From: an uncultured Gemmatimonadales bacterium
GTDB taxonomy: Bacteria; Gemmatimonadota; Gemmatimonadetes; Gemmatimonadales; GWC2-71-9
Assembly: GCA_963825055.1 (NCBI GenBank)
Contig: CAWGSK010000009.1
Span: 64,001-128,000 of the forward strand
Direction of reading: 5' to 3'
Length of the DNA: 64,000 nt
Below are positions 1-8,995 of this stretch, one piece after another (positions within the stretch are counted from its first letter, which is position 1; each line of letters starts with the position of its first letter). A model generated the notes under the pieces. It did not search any database. It saw only the letters and a list, made by a program, of their open reading frames with translations, and was not told the origin of the DNA. The translations under genes and the position numbers were made by a program.

Positions 1-912
1 CAGTTCGCCCCGGCCTGCCCGTGCCAGCGCGAACGCGCTGTCGAGTTGGGTGCGCACCGTGGCGAAGACCGCCTCGACCTCCCCGGTCTGTTCCGGAACT
101 GCCTGGACGCTCCGTACCGCGGCCACAACCGCCAGGGCGCTGTCCGTTCCCTGCATGCCCAGGGCTTCCACGAGCTGGCTGTCGGTCATGCGGGCCGTGG
201 TGCTGAACGGCATCAGCGCAACCGGCACGCGACCCCGCGGAGCGGGGAGCCGCAGCAGCGATGCGTAGAGCGCCGCCGCCCAGCGGTCGTCCGCCGGCAG
301 GCGCGTCTCGAACGCCGGCATGGCCGTCCCGGCGACACCGATGGTCACGCGGTGGTAATAGTCGAGGGGAGAGACGCCGGTCAGGCTGGCGGCGCTGGTC
401 AGGTCGGCGGGGGGCGGGTCAAGAGTGGCGGCCTGGGGTCCGTCGCCCGCGCCAAGCGTGCCGTGGCAACTGGCGCAGTTCGCCTGGTAGACCTCACTGC
501 CCCGGGCCAGGCTCGGCGTCTGCGCCGGAATCTCGTTCATCGCCACGCCGAAGCGGTCAGCCAGATCGTTGGAAAGTGCGGCGGCTCGCATCGCCACCGA
601 GTCCGCGGGTGCGATCCGGTCCACCATGGCGAGCAGGGTATCCAGCCCGGCCGTGACCTCGTGCGCCGCCCCGCCGGGCAGCAGCCCTGCGGTCCGGCGG
701 GCTTCGTTCAGGAAGAGCGAGGCTTCCTCCACTTCGGCCCGGGCGATGACTTTCCCATCACGGACCCCCAGGCCGTACTCCTGGGCGGCAAGCCCCGCCA
801 TGGCCGCCAGGCGGCGCACGACCGGGGCCTGATCCTGCGCGACGGCCGACGCGGCGCCGATGGTCAGCGCCGCGCCAACGAAAATGGAGTGGACCACGAA
901 CTTGAGATTCAT
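1..912 (-). CDS. Secreted cytochrome c domain protein, probably the N-terminal part of an FTR1-family iron permease (runs off window start)
   Basis: Not in the ORF track because there is no stop in the window. I checked that the minus frame is open from ATG 912 to base 1. It has a signal-like N-terminus (MNLKFVVHSIFVGAALTIGAASAVAQ), CASCH at 463-477 and a GVAGTAMPAF distal-Met motif. The FTR1 domain is inferred and lies outside the window. Confidence 0.7.
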   Translation of the reverse strand, partial: MNLKFVVHSIFVGAALTIGAASAVAQDQAPVVRRLAAMAGLAAQEYGLGVRDGKVIARAEVEEASLFLNEARRTAGLLPGGAAHEVTAGLDTLLAMVDRIAPADSVAMRAAALSNDLADRFGVAMNEIPAQTPSLARGSEVYQANCASCHGTLGAGDGPQAATLDPPPADLTSAASLTGVSPLDYYHRVTIGVAGTAMPAFETRLPADDRWAAALYASLLRLPAPRGRVPVALMPFSTTARMTDSQLVEALGMQGTDSALAVVAAVRSVQAVPEQTGEVEAVFATVRTQLDSAFALARAGRGEL

Positions 913-918
913 TCTCAA
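902..918. promoter_or_regulatory. Fur-box-like inverted repeat
   Basis: TTGAGATTCATTCTCAA (TTGAGA-N5-TCTCAA) resembles the 7-1-7 Fur core TGATAATNATTATCA and overlaps the start of the putative iron permease. Confidence 0.6.
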
Positions 919-979
919 CCAGTTTTTGCCAAGTTGAGTAGAACCTAGGCGAAAGCTGCGGACATGGGAAGGGACCGGG

Positions 980-1378
980 TCAGGATTCGTCGCGGAGCGA
1001 CTGGATCGCTACCACCGCACCGGCCGTCCGGGCGGAGTGGCTGAGGGAGACCTGCACGTGAAAGGGGCCATGCTCCCGGGCAAGGCGGGAGGCGAGTCCG
1101 TGGAGGACCATTGCCGGCCGACCCTCGCTGTTGCGGACCACCTCGAGATCCTGCCAGCCGACTGCCCGCGCGTCGGGCAGCGTCTGCAGCGCCTTATAGG
1201 TCGCCTCCTTGGCGGCGATCCGCACGGCCACATGCCCGGCGGGCGACTCGCGGGTGGACACGAAGGCCAGCTCGTCAGGCGTCAGCAGCTTGTTGAGCGC
1301 GAGATCTCCCTTCCGCTCGAGCATGCGCTCCACCCGCTCAATGTCCACCAGGTCGATGCCGATGCCAACCAGTCGCAT
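980..1378 (-). CDS. acpS: Holo-[acyl-carrier-protein] synthase
   Basis: MRLVGIGIDLVDIER, AAKEA and VSLSHS motifs; TGATG coupling with the upstream gene at 1378. Confidence 0.93.
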   Translation of the reverse strand: MRLVGIGIDLVDIERVERMLERKGDLALNKLLTPDELAFVSTRESPAGHVAVRIAAKEATYKALQTLPDARAVGWQDLEVVRNSEGRPAMVLHGLASRLAREHGPFHVQVSLSHSARTAGAVVAIQSLRDES

Positions 1379-2130
1379 CAGCCGCCTCCCGCCAGGCGCC
1401 AGAACCCGTCCACAACCGGGGCGAACCACCCGGGATACGGCAGCAACCCGCCGAGGACGAGGCCAAGCCATCCCGCAAGCAGGAAGACCGCCCCCGTGAT
1501 GAGCCAGAGCGGGAGGCGGGGTCGCCGCCACTGCCGGGCCGCCTCCACCTCCGGTGCCCAGATGGACCACTCGCGCTCCGTGGCGGCCTCCAGGGCAATC
1601 CACGCGGCCTCGAGCCTGCGCGCCACCCGGAGCAGCGCATCACCCCAGCGTGCGGCGGCCGCCACCGGCGCCTTCTTCACGGCCGCACCCGCCAGGTCGA
1701 GCTCATCCAGCGCCTCGATGAATTCCGCCCCCGCGCTCCCGAACCGGGTCGCGGTGACGTGGACCTCCTCGGCGGTCGGCAGAATGCCTTCCACCATACG
1801 ATCGGGCATCCGGCTCTCCAGCACCGCCAGCCGGATACGCCGCGCGACCTCGTCGGTGGCCCGTTCGGCGGCGGCATGCGCCGCCCGGTCCCAGGCGGCA
1901 ACCCACATCTCACGCCCGAGCGCGTCAACCGCAGCCGCCGGATCACCGGTGTCGCTCCAGCTGCGGGCCTCCGCCTCGGCCTCGAAGATCCGGTGTACCA
2001 TCGCCACCCGCAGGTCGGCGAGGGCGAACCAGCGCGCGACCTCCCGCCGCCCGGGAGACCGCCCCGTCACCACCCGGCCCAGTGACGGGCCGAGCTGCGG
2101 AACGGGAAGAACCGCCGTCTCCCCTACCAC
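1378..2130 (-). CDS. Hypothetical protein with a C-terminal transmembrane helix
   Basis: Helical Ala/Arg-rich protein with a hydrophobic C-terminus (LWLITGAVFLLAGWLGLVLGGLL); GTG start overlaps the HAD stop. Confidence 0.7.
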   Translation of the reverse strand: MVGETAVLPVPQLGPSLGRVVTGRSPGRREVARWFALADLRVAMVHRIFEAEAEARSWSDTGDPAAAVDALGREMWVAAWDRAAHAAAERATDEVARRIRLAVLESRMPDRMVEGILPTAEEVHVTATRFGSAGAEFIEALDELDLAGAAVKKAPVAAAARWGDALLRVARRLEAAWIALEAATEREWSIWAPEVEAARQWRRPRLPLWLITGAVFLLAGWLGLVLGGLLPYPGWFAPVVDGFWRLAGGG

Positions 2131-2822
2131 AGGATCGCTTCCAGCACGGCCTGCGTGTCGGCCATGTCCTCGAACACCGCATAGGCCCCGGCCTCGCGCA
2201 GGGCCCCGGCGGGGTACGAGCCCGTGGCCACAGCCACCGCGCGCGCGCCGATTCCCGCGCCGCACGTCACGTCCGCCGGCGTATCCCCGATGATCACGAC
2301 CTCCTCCCCGGAAGGAACGCGACCGAAGTGGGGTCGCGCGCGCTCCGCGGCAATTCGTGGGAGTTCCGGACGGTGACGGGAGTCCGACCCGTATGCGCCC
2401 ACCACGAACCGCGCCGGCGCAATACCGCCGGAGCGAAGCTTGAGGACCGCCCCCTCGCGGAGGTTCCCCGTGAGGAGTCCCAGCACCACGCCGGACTCCG
2501 CCTCCAGCCGGTCGAGCAGGGCGGGGATGCCAGGCATGACGGTGGTGCGGTGATCGGCGCGCTGGAGTTCCGCCTCGAGGTGCGCGAGGTAGCGGAGACA
2601 GAGCTCGTGCAGGATCGCCTGCTCCGGTTCGCCGCTGCGGCCGGTGGCCGCGAGCAGCTCGCAGAGAATCTGGGGGTCGGTCTTCCCGTCGAAGCGAACG
2701 GTATCCACCGCATCACAGCCGGCGATCTCGCCCGCGAGCGCGGTCAGAATCGCCCTCCGGCCGGCGCCCGCCGAGAGCAGGAGCGTCCCGTCGATATCGA
2801 AGAGCACGAGGCGGGTCTTCAC
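2124..2822 (-). CDS. HAD-superfamily hydrolase (phosphoglycolate phosphatase-like)
   Basis: LFDIDGTL motif I, TGN and IIGDTPAD motif IV; GTGA overlap at the start. Confidence 0.9.
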   Translation of the reverse strand: MKTRLVLFDIDGTLLLSAGAGRRAILTALAGEIAGCDAVDTVRFDGKTDPQILCELLAATGRSGEPEQAILHELCLRYLAHLEAELQRADHRTTVMPGIPALLDRLEAESGVVLGLLTGNLREGAVLKLRSGGIAPARFVVGAYGSDSRHRPELPRIAAERARPHFGRVPSGEEVVIIGDTPADVTCGAGIGARAVAVATGSYPAGALREAGAYAVFEDMADTQAVLEAILW

Positions 2823-3583
2823 GCGACCCTCCGGACGGCGACCAGGCGTTCGCGGAGCGCCGCGGCCCTGGTTCCCGGCAGCCATGATTCCTGCACACAG
2901 CCCCCGCAGGAGATCGTCGAATGGACGAGGGTGCCGTCGAGGCCGGCAAACGCGACATGCGTGATCCGGCCGGCATCGCCATTGAAGAAGAGCAGGTCGC
3001 CCGGCCTTATCGCCTCCATCGGGACCGGTTCACCCGCCGTCACCTGCTGTGAGGAATCACGTGGCATGGCGATCCCGCGCGCGGCATAGGTGGACTGGAC
3101 CAGTCCGGAACAGTCCACCCCCCATGGTGTGAGGCCGCCCCATTGATATGGCGAGCCGAGGAAGTGCCGGGCGGCCCACGACTCGGGTGTGAGGCCACGC
3201 GCCCGCGTCCGCGCTTCCTCCATGGTCACGACACTGCCATCGACGCATCGGCCGGTCCTGCCGTCCGGCAGTTCCCAGCCATCACCCGTGGGCGCCAGCC
3301 GCGCGCGCAAGGGGACGGGCTGGCGGAGGCCGTCGACCTCCAGTCCTGCTCCCTCGCTCCATCCGGTGGCCCGGGCATCCCAGCCATCGGGGGTCGGGAT
3401 CAGGTATCCACCGTGGATCCAGCCCGGGTAGTGGTCGAAGGCCGTCTCGATCCGGCACCACTCCTCGCGCCGCTCCATGACGACGGCCGACTCGCCGAGC
3501 ACGAGCTGGCTCACCTGTTCCGTGCGGACGGAAGGCTCCCGGAAAATCGGGCTGACGGGCGCGCGGCCTGTGACGGCATCCAT
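2819..3583 (-). CDS. SH3 + NlpC/P60 (C40) peptidase, YkfC-like
   Basis: PYQWGG...GVDCSGL, PGDLLFF, HV..., HS catalytic motifs; N-terminal SH3b-like segment (EQVSQLVLGE...GWI). Confidence 0.88.
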   Translation of the reverse strand: MDAVTGRAPVSPIFREPSVRTEQVSQLVLGESAVVMERREEWCRIETAFDHYPGWIHGGYLIPTPDGWDARATGWSEGAGLEVDGLRQPVPLRARLAPTGDGWELPDGRTGRCVDGSVVTMEEARTRARGLTPESWAARHFLGSPYQWGGLTPWGVDCSGLVQSTYAARGIAMPRDSSQQVTAGEPVPMEAIRPGDLLFFNGDAGRITHVAFAGLDGTLVHSTISCGGCVQESWLPGTRAAALRERLVAVRRVA

Positions 3584-3617
3584 GCGTGATCCTGGGGGCG
3601 AAGCGGAAGGAGCCGGG

Positions 3618-3800
3618 TCAGCCGGCGGGCGGCGGGGCGGTCTGTCGCTTTTGGCAGGCCTGGCAGCGGACGATACCACGCAGCGTACAGATGAGGCAGA
3701 TGAAGGTACCGCAGTCCGCGCACGGGTAGCCCTCCGACGCGCGCTCCTCCCGCTCGCAGGAGCGGCAGACCATGGCATCGTGTTCATGCGGCTTGTTCAT
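3618..3800 (-). CDS. 60-aa Cys-rich putative double zinc-finger protein
   Basis: Four CxxC pairs (CRSC, CADC, CLIC, CQAC); GGAGG RBS upstream of ATG 3800. Confidence 0.8.
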   Translation of the reverse strand: MNKPHEHDAMVCRSCEREERASEGYPCADCGTFICLICTLRGIVRCQACQKRQTAPPPAG

Positions 3801-3814
3801 CAGCGCCTCCACTG

Positions 3815-5161
3815 TCAGACCGGTATGTTGTACCGCTTGATCTTGTTGATCAGCGTGGCCCGCGAGATGCCAAGTTCGAGAGCAGACCGCGTGCGGTTGC
3901 CGTTGTGATGGCGCAGGGTGCGCTCGATGTGCTGGTGCTCCAGCTCGTCGAGCGTGAGCGGCATGTGGCGGCGGTCGCCCGGCCCGCTCCGCGCCCGGAA
4001 CTCACCCGGCAGGTGCTCGATCTGGATCTCGGGCTTTCCGTGGGCCAGGATGAGCGCCCGCTCCAGGACGTTCCTGACTTCCCGGATGTTGCCCGGCCAG
4101 TTGTAGGCCAGCAGGCGCTCCAGCGCCTCCGGCGCGATGGTGACAGGCCCGCCCGACACCTGTGTCCGGAGATCCTGCATGAGCCGGGTGACCAGCCCGA
4201 TCCGGTCCTCCTCGCTCCGGTCCCGGAGGGGCGGCAGGTGGAGGGGCATGACACTGAGCCGGTAGTAGAGGTCTTCCCGGAACCGGCCCGCCTCCACCTC
4301 CGCGGCCATGTCGCGCGGGGTCGCGGCGATGATCCGGACATCCACGTTCACTTCGCGGCTTCCGCCCATCCGGCGGAACGAACGCGTCTCCAGCACCTTG
4401 AGCAGCCTGGGCTGGATCTCAAGGGCCAGCCCGGCAACATCCTCCAGAAAGACCGTTCCGCCGTCGGCCAGTTCGAACAGGCCCTGGCGACGGTCGGTGG
4501 CTTCGGGCACCGCCCCCTGCTCGTGCCCGAAGAGCTCGCTCTCGAGGCTCGCCGGGTTGACCCCCGAGACACTCACCTCGATGAACGGGGCCGCGGCGCG
4601 GGGGCTCAGGTTGTGGATCATCCGCGCGACCCAGCCCTTGCCGGTGCCGCTTTCGCCCACGAGCAGCACCGCCGTGCGGTCACTCTGCGCCAGCAGCGTG
4701 ATCTGCCGGGCCAGCTCCAGCATGGCAGGCGACGAGCCCAGTGACTCGAGCACGTGGCCCGCGGACCCGTGCGAGAGGAGCAGCTCGTTCACCCGCCGGA
4801 GCCGGACCTTGTCGGATGCACGCGCCACCGCGGCGCCAAGGTGCTCGAGGTCCACGGGCTTGGTGAGGAAATTCTCCGCGCCGAGCTGCATGGCGCGCAC
4901 GGCCGTCGCGATGTCCGCCTTGCCCGTCAGCAGCACCACGGCGGCGCCGCGATCCCGGAGCCGCTCCAGCACCTCCATGCCATCCATGCCCGGGAGGCCC
5001 AGGTCCAGCACTACGACCTCGGGCCGGAGCCGGTCGTACGTCTCCAGCCCCGCCTCGCCGGTCAGTTCCCGCGCGACCTCCAGGCCCTTGCGCTCGAACC
5101 AGGTGCCGATGGTGCGGAGGACGTCGGCATCGTCATCGATCAGCAGGACGGCATCAGACAT
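3815..5161 (-). CDS. NtrC-family REC-AAA+-Fis HTH response regulator with degenerate sigma54-contact motif
   Basis: REC domain (VLDLGLPGMDG, FLTKP), Walker A GESGTGK, FREDLYYRL, WPGNIRE and Fis HTH. GAFTGA is replaced by GAVPEA. Confidence 0.92.
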   Translation of the reverse strand: MSDAVLLIDDDADVLRTIGTWFERKGLEVARELTGEAGLETYDRLRPEVVVLDLGLPGMDGMEVLERLRDRGAAVVLLTGKADIATAVRAMQLGAENFLTKPVDLEHLGAAVARASDKVRLRRVNELLLSHGSAGHVLESLGSSPAMLELARQITLLAQSDRTAVLLVGESGTGKGWVARMIHNLSPRAAAPFIEVSVSGVNPASLESELFGHEQGAVPEATDRRQGLFELADGGTVFLEDVAGLALEIQPRLLKVLETRSFRRMGGSREVNVDVRIIAATPRDMAAEVEAGRFREDLYYRLSVMPLHLPPLRDRSEEDRIGLVTRLMQDLRTQVSGGPVTIAPEALERLLAYNWPGNIREVRNVLERALILAHGKPEIQIEHLPGEFRARSGPGDRRHMPLTLDELEHQHIERTLRHHNGNRTRSALELGISRATLINKIKRYNIPV

Positions 5162-8087
5162 GTTGCGCTCTCGGTTCCGCCGTAATGCGTCGCGGAAGTT
5201 CGAAGGTGAAACTGGCTCCGCCCTCGGGACGGTTGCGGACCAGCACCTGGCCCCCGTGGGCCCGCACGATCCCGTGGACGATGGCGAGCCCGAGGCCGGT
5301 GCCGTCGCCGGCGGGCTTCGTGGTGAAGAATGGCTCCAGTATCCGGCCCAGCAGTTCCGGGGGAACCCCGGGGCCGGTGTCCATGACCTCGCACCGGACG
5401 ATGTCACCATCGTACACCGTAGAGATCCGGCAGGATCCGTCCTGCCGCCCCCGTATGCTGTACTCCGCGTTCTGTACCAGGTTGACCAGCACCTGACGCA
5501 CCTGCTCACCGTCTGCCTGGATGAGCGGCAGGTCCGGCGCCAGGTCGAGTTCCCACGGGGCGGTTCCCATCTCGCGGGCCGTGGTGATCACGTCGCGCAC
5601 CAGCCCGTTCAGGTCGAGATCGGTCAGGACGAGCGGCCGTTGCCGGCTGAACGTGAGCAGGTCATTCACGATCCGGGCTGCCCGGCCCGCCTCCGTCCGG
5701 ATGCCCTCGAGCACCCGCCGGGCCCCGCGGTCAGTGCCGGTTTCCGGCATCATGGCCTGGGCCAGGGCCATGATCCCCGCCAGCGGGTTGTTGAGTTCAT
5801 GCGCCACCCCGCTCACCAGCTGGCCAAGGGCGGCCATTTTCTCCGACTGCATGAGCCGCTCGCGCAGCGACATCTCGTAGGTCAGGTCGCGCGCAATCAC
5901 CAGCCGCGTCCCCGCCACATCCCCCACCAGCGGGACCCAGAGGATCGCCGCATTCCGGACGGAACCGTCCGGCCGGTTGAAATGTAAGATGAAATCCCGT
6001 CCGGAGCCCTCCAGGTCCCGGGCCAGCTGCCGGATGGCGTAATCACGGTCCGATGGCACCACCACATCCTCCAGCCGGATACCCTCCGGGGGTTCCCGGC
6101 CCAGGAGGTCCACCGCCGCCCGGTTCAGCGACTGGAACGTCCGGTCGGGCCCCAGGGTGAACATGGAGACGGGGGCGCTCTCGAACAGGGTCCGGAAACT
6201 CGCCTCCGATCGCTTGAGCGCCTCCTCTGCCAGCCGCTCGTCCGTCACGTCGTCCAGCGAAACGATCCATCCGCCCGACTCGATCGGTCCTCCGGTAACC
6301 GCTACGATACGCCCCTGGGGGGAACGGGCGAGGAGGCTCCGGCTGCCGCCGCCGCGAAGGAGTTCCGTGAGGGTCTCCGCGGCGGTGTCGACGGGCGTGA
6401 GCCGGGCATCCAGGTCCAGGCCCGGCAATCCGGTCACGTCCACGCCGGCGATCTCCGCCGCCGCGCGATTCGCACGTATCACCCGGCCGGCCCCGTCCAG
6501 GATGGCCAGGCCGGAAGTGGCGTCGAAGGCCGACTCCCACTCCTCCTTGGCCCGTCCGACCTGCTCCAGGAGCCGGCTCTTGCCGATGGCAAGCGCGGCC
6601 TGGTCGGCAAAGGCCAGGGCCAGGCGCCGCTCGTCCTCGGTGTAGCTCCGCCGCTCGTCGTGATAGAAGACCAGCGCCCCGATCACATCACCCATGAAAT
6701 TGAGCGGGAGGGCCGCCTGGGACACGATGCCTTCATGCTCCACGGCCGCCGCCATCCGGGGATTGCGCATCTCGCGCGCATCCGCGAGGAAAGCGGGGCT
6801 GCTCTCGAGGAGACGTTCGACGACGTGGAGCCCGCTGGACTGGTCCATCGCCTCGCGCACGTACTCCGGCGACAGCCCGATCGTGACCGGGGTGCCGACG
6901 ATGCCCTGCCCCGGCCTCAGGAAGTACACCCCCGCGCGCTGGGCGCCGAAGACCCGCATCCCTTCCTCGGCCAGGCGGCGCATGGTGCGCCCCAGCTCGC
7001 CCACCCGGGCGAGGTCGTGTGCCACGCGGCCCAGCGCCTCGATCTGCTGCAGGCGCCGCCGCAGCTCCGCACGCCCGCGCATGGCCAGCACCGCGGCCGC
7101 CGTCTGGTCGCCGATGGCGCAGAGGACCCGGCGCTGCTGCTCGGTCGGCTGGCGCCAGCTCCCGCTTGGCGAAGATACCGTCATGGTACCGACCGGCGTG
7201 GACCCCGCCCGGATCGCCACCGTGTAGTTCGTCCGAGCTTCCTCGATACCGGCCACGACGGTGGATTCGGTCTCCAGTTCACCATGACTGCTCCCACCCC
7301 CGAGCAGCTCGGCGATGGTGGACTCGCCGCTCCACCGGTCTCCCGCTTCGTGGTGGCGGGTTTCGGCGCCGGCCACGCCGAGCGTGATCACGGTCGCCGG
7401 CCGGTGGTCCACCTTCCAGGCGAGAAAGGCACCGTCCGCCCCCAGCAGCGCCATCGCCGCCGCGAGCCCACGCTGCACCGCCGCATCCACCGTCTCCACG
7501 GCAGCAAGGTCACGGGACAGGTCGAGCAGGATTTCGCTCGCCGCCAGCGCATCCCGCACGGTTGCCTCGGCCTGGTGGGTGGCGCGCGAAATCCGGGCGG
7601 TCTCGAGGGCGATGGCAGCGTGGGTCGCGATCGTCTCCATGATCCGGAGGTCGTCCGGCGAGTACGCGCCCGCGCGATAGGACTGGGTGGAAATGACGCC
7701 GAGGAGCCGGTCGCCGAGCAGCATCGGTACGTGGATCGCAGCGCCGGAGCGGGCCTGGCTGCCGAAGGTCTCGCCGTGCGGGGCGGGGCCCTCGCCCGGT
7801 GCGTTCACCATCAGGGGTGCCCGCTCCCGGACTACCCAGCTGGTGGGGCCGGCCGCGAGGGGGTGGGTGGCCGCGGGGAGGTCCTGCCCCTGGTCGTGAT
7901 GGGCGACAAAGTGCAGCTGCTCGCGTTGCGGGTCGTACAGGGCGAGGTAAAAGGCGTCGGTTTCCACCAGCCGCGCCGTCTCTTCGTACAGCACGGCATA
8001 GAGCGCCTTCGGGTCGAGCGAGCTGCCGGTCGCAAGCGCGATCCGAGCCAGCGCCTCCGCAGGCAGAGTGACGCGACCCTGGCCCAT
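5154..8087 (-). CDS. Cytoplasmic multi-GAF/PAS sensor histidine kinase
   Basis: H-box AHELNNPL, N-box NLVQNA, DTGPG, FFTTK, GTGLGL; GAF-like and PAS-like N-terminal segments; no obvious TM helix. Confidence 0.92.
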   Translation of the reverse strand: MGQGRVTLPAEALARIALATGSSLDPKALYAVLYEETARLVETDAFYLALYDPQREQLHFVAHHDQGQDLPAATHPLAAGPTSWVVRERAPLMVNAPGEGPAPHGETFGSQARSGAAIHVPMLLGDRLLGVISTQSYRAGAYSPDDLRIMETIATHAAIALETARISRATHQAEATVRDALAASEILLDLSRDLAAVETVDAAVQRGLAAAMALLGADGAFLAWKVDHRPATVITLGVAGAETRHHEAGDRWSGESTIAELLGGGSSHGELETESTVVAGIEEARTNYTVAIRAGSTPVGTMTVSSPSGSWRQPTEQQRRVLCAIGDQTAAAVLAMRGRAELRRRLQQIEALGRVAHDLARVGELGRTMRRLAEEGMRVFGAQRAGVYFLRPGQGIVGTPVTIGLSPEYVREAMDQSSGLHVVERLLESSPAFLADAREMRNPRMAAAVEHEGIVSQAALPLNFMGDVIGALVFYHDERRSYTEDERRLALAFADQAALAIGKSRLLEQVGRAKEEWESAFDATSGLAILDGAGRVIRANRAAAEIAGVDVTGLPGLDLDARLTPVDTAAETLTELLRGGGSRSLLARSPQGRIVAVTGGPIESGGWIVSLDDVTDERLAEEALKRSEASFRTLFESAPVSMFTLGPDRTFQSLNRAAVDLLGREPPEGIRLEDVVVPSDRDYAIRQLARDLEGSGRDFILHFNRPDGSVRNAAILWVPLVGDVAGTRLVIARDLTYEMSLRERLMQSEKMAALGQLVSGVAHELNNPLAGIMALAQAMMPETGTDRGARRVLEGIRTEAGRAARIVNDLLTFSRQRPLVLTDLDLNGLVRDVITTAREMGTAPWELDLAPDLPLIQADGEQVRQVLVNLVQNAEYSIRGRQDGSCRISTVYDGDIVRCEVMDTGPGVPPELLGRILEPFFTTKPAGDGTGLGLAIVHGIVRAHGGQVLVRNRPEGGASFTFELPRRITAEPRAQHV

Positions 8088-8089
8088 GC

Positions 8090-8992
8090 TCAAAGCTCCC
8101 CGGGCATCATGACGCTTACCGCGCCCGGAACGATCGAGGCGGTGAAGGGCGTCTCGCCGCCGGGCTCGCCGTCCAGCTGGGCGGGCTGCGCGGGAAAGCC
8201 CTCGACCCGCACTTCCTTCCCCCGGGCAAACCCCACCAGGCGCTCGGACACTTCCGCCCCGCGGCTCCGGAGCAGGTCCCACACGGCCTGCACGCCCTGG
8301 CCGAAGCTGTTGGCCTGCACGGCCACGACATCGAGCAGGCCGTCGTCCGGGCGAATCCCGGGACCCAGGCGGATGAAGGGAGGGATCACTTCCCCGCAGT
8401 TTGCCACCAGCACCATCGCCGCGTGCGCATCGTACTCCTGGCCGTCCACCGTCACCAGGTAGTCGACGCTCCGCATCTCCGGGATCAGCCGGAGGGTGGT
8501 CGAGACATAGGCCATCATGCCCCAGCGCCGTTTCTGCTCGGAGCGGGTCTCCACCATGACGCGCGCGTCGATTCCAGCGCCACAGGCAACGGCGAAGTAG
8601 TGGATGCCGTCGGGCCGCTCGATCCGGCCCAGGTCGATCCGGCGGGGGTGGGAGCGGAGGAGGGCCTGCGCGGCACGAACCGGCGCGCCCGGGATCCGGA
8701 GGTTGCCCGCGAGCAGGTTCCCGGTGCCGCCCGGAATGAGTCCCAGCGCGACGTCGGTTCCCACCAGCGCGGCGGCAGCCTGCATGGTCGTGCCGTCACC
8801 CCCGAATACCGCGACCACGTCGACGGCATCCGCCGTCGCGTCCTCCGCGATGCGGCGCGCATCGCCGGGGCCGCACGTCGCGACCACGTCCGCCTCCCAG
8901 CCTCCGGCCGTCAACGTGTGGACCACGTCGGTGACGACGCCGGGGCGGGTGCGGGCGGCGGCAGGATTGGTGATGATGATGGCGCGGGTCAC
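8090..8992 (-). CDS. Diacylglycerol/lipid kinase family protein (YegS/BmrU-like)
   Basis: NPAA, GGDGT, IPGGTGNLLA and QLDGE motifs. Confidence 0.92.
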   Translation of the reverse strand: MTRAIIITNPAAARTRPGVVTDVVHTLTAGGWEADVVATCGPGDARRIAEDATADAVDVVAVFGGDGTTMQAAAALVGTDVALGLIPGGTGNLLAGNLRIPGAPVRAAQALLRSHPRRIDLGRIERPDGIHYFAVACGAGIDARVMVETRSEQKRRWGMMAYVSTTLRLIPEMRSVDYLVTVDGQEYDAHAAMVLVANCGEVIPPFIRLGPGIRPDDGLLDVVAVQANSFGQGVQAVWDLLRSRGAEVSERLVGFARGKEVRVEGFPAQPAQLDGEPGGETPFTASIVPGAVSVMMPGEL

Positions 8993-8995
8993 GCC

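Noticed and set aside
46..948. 300-aa plus-strand ORF
   Set aside because: It is the antisense shadow of the minus-strand cytochrome c gene, which carries the real motifs.
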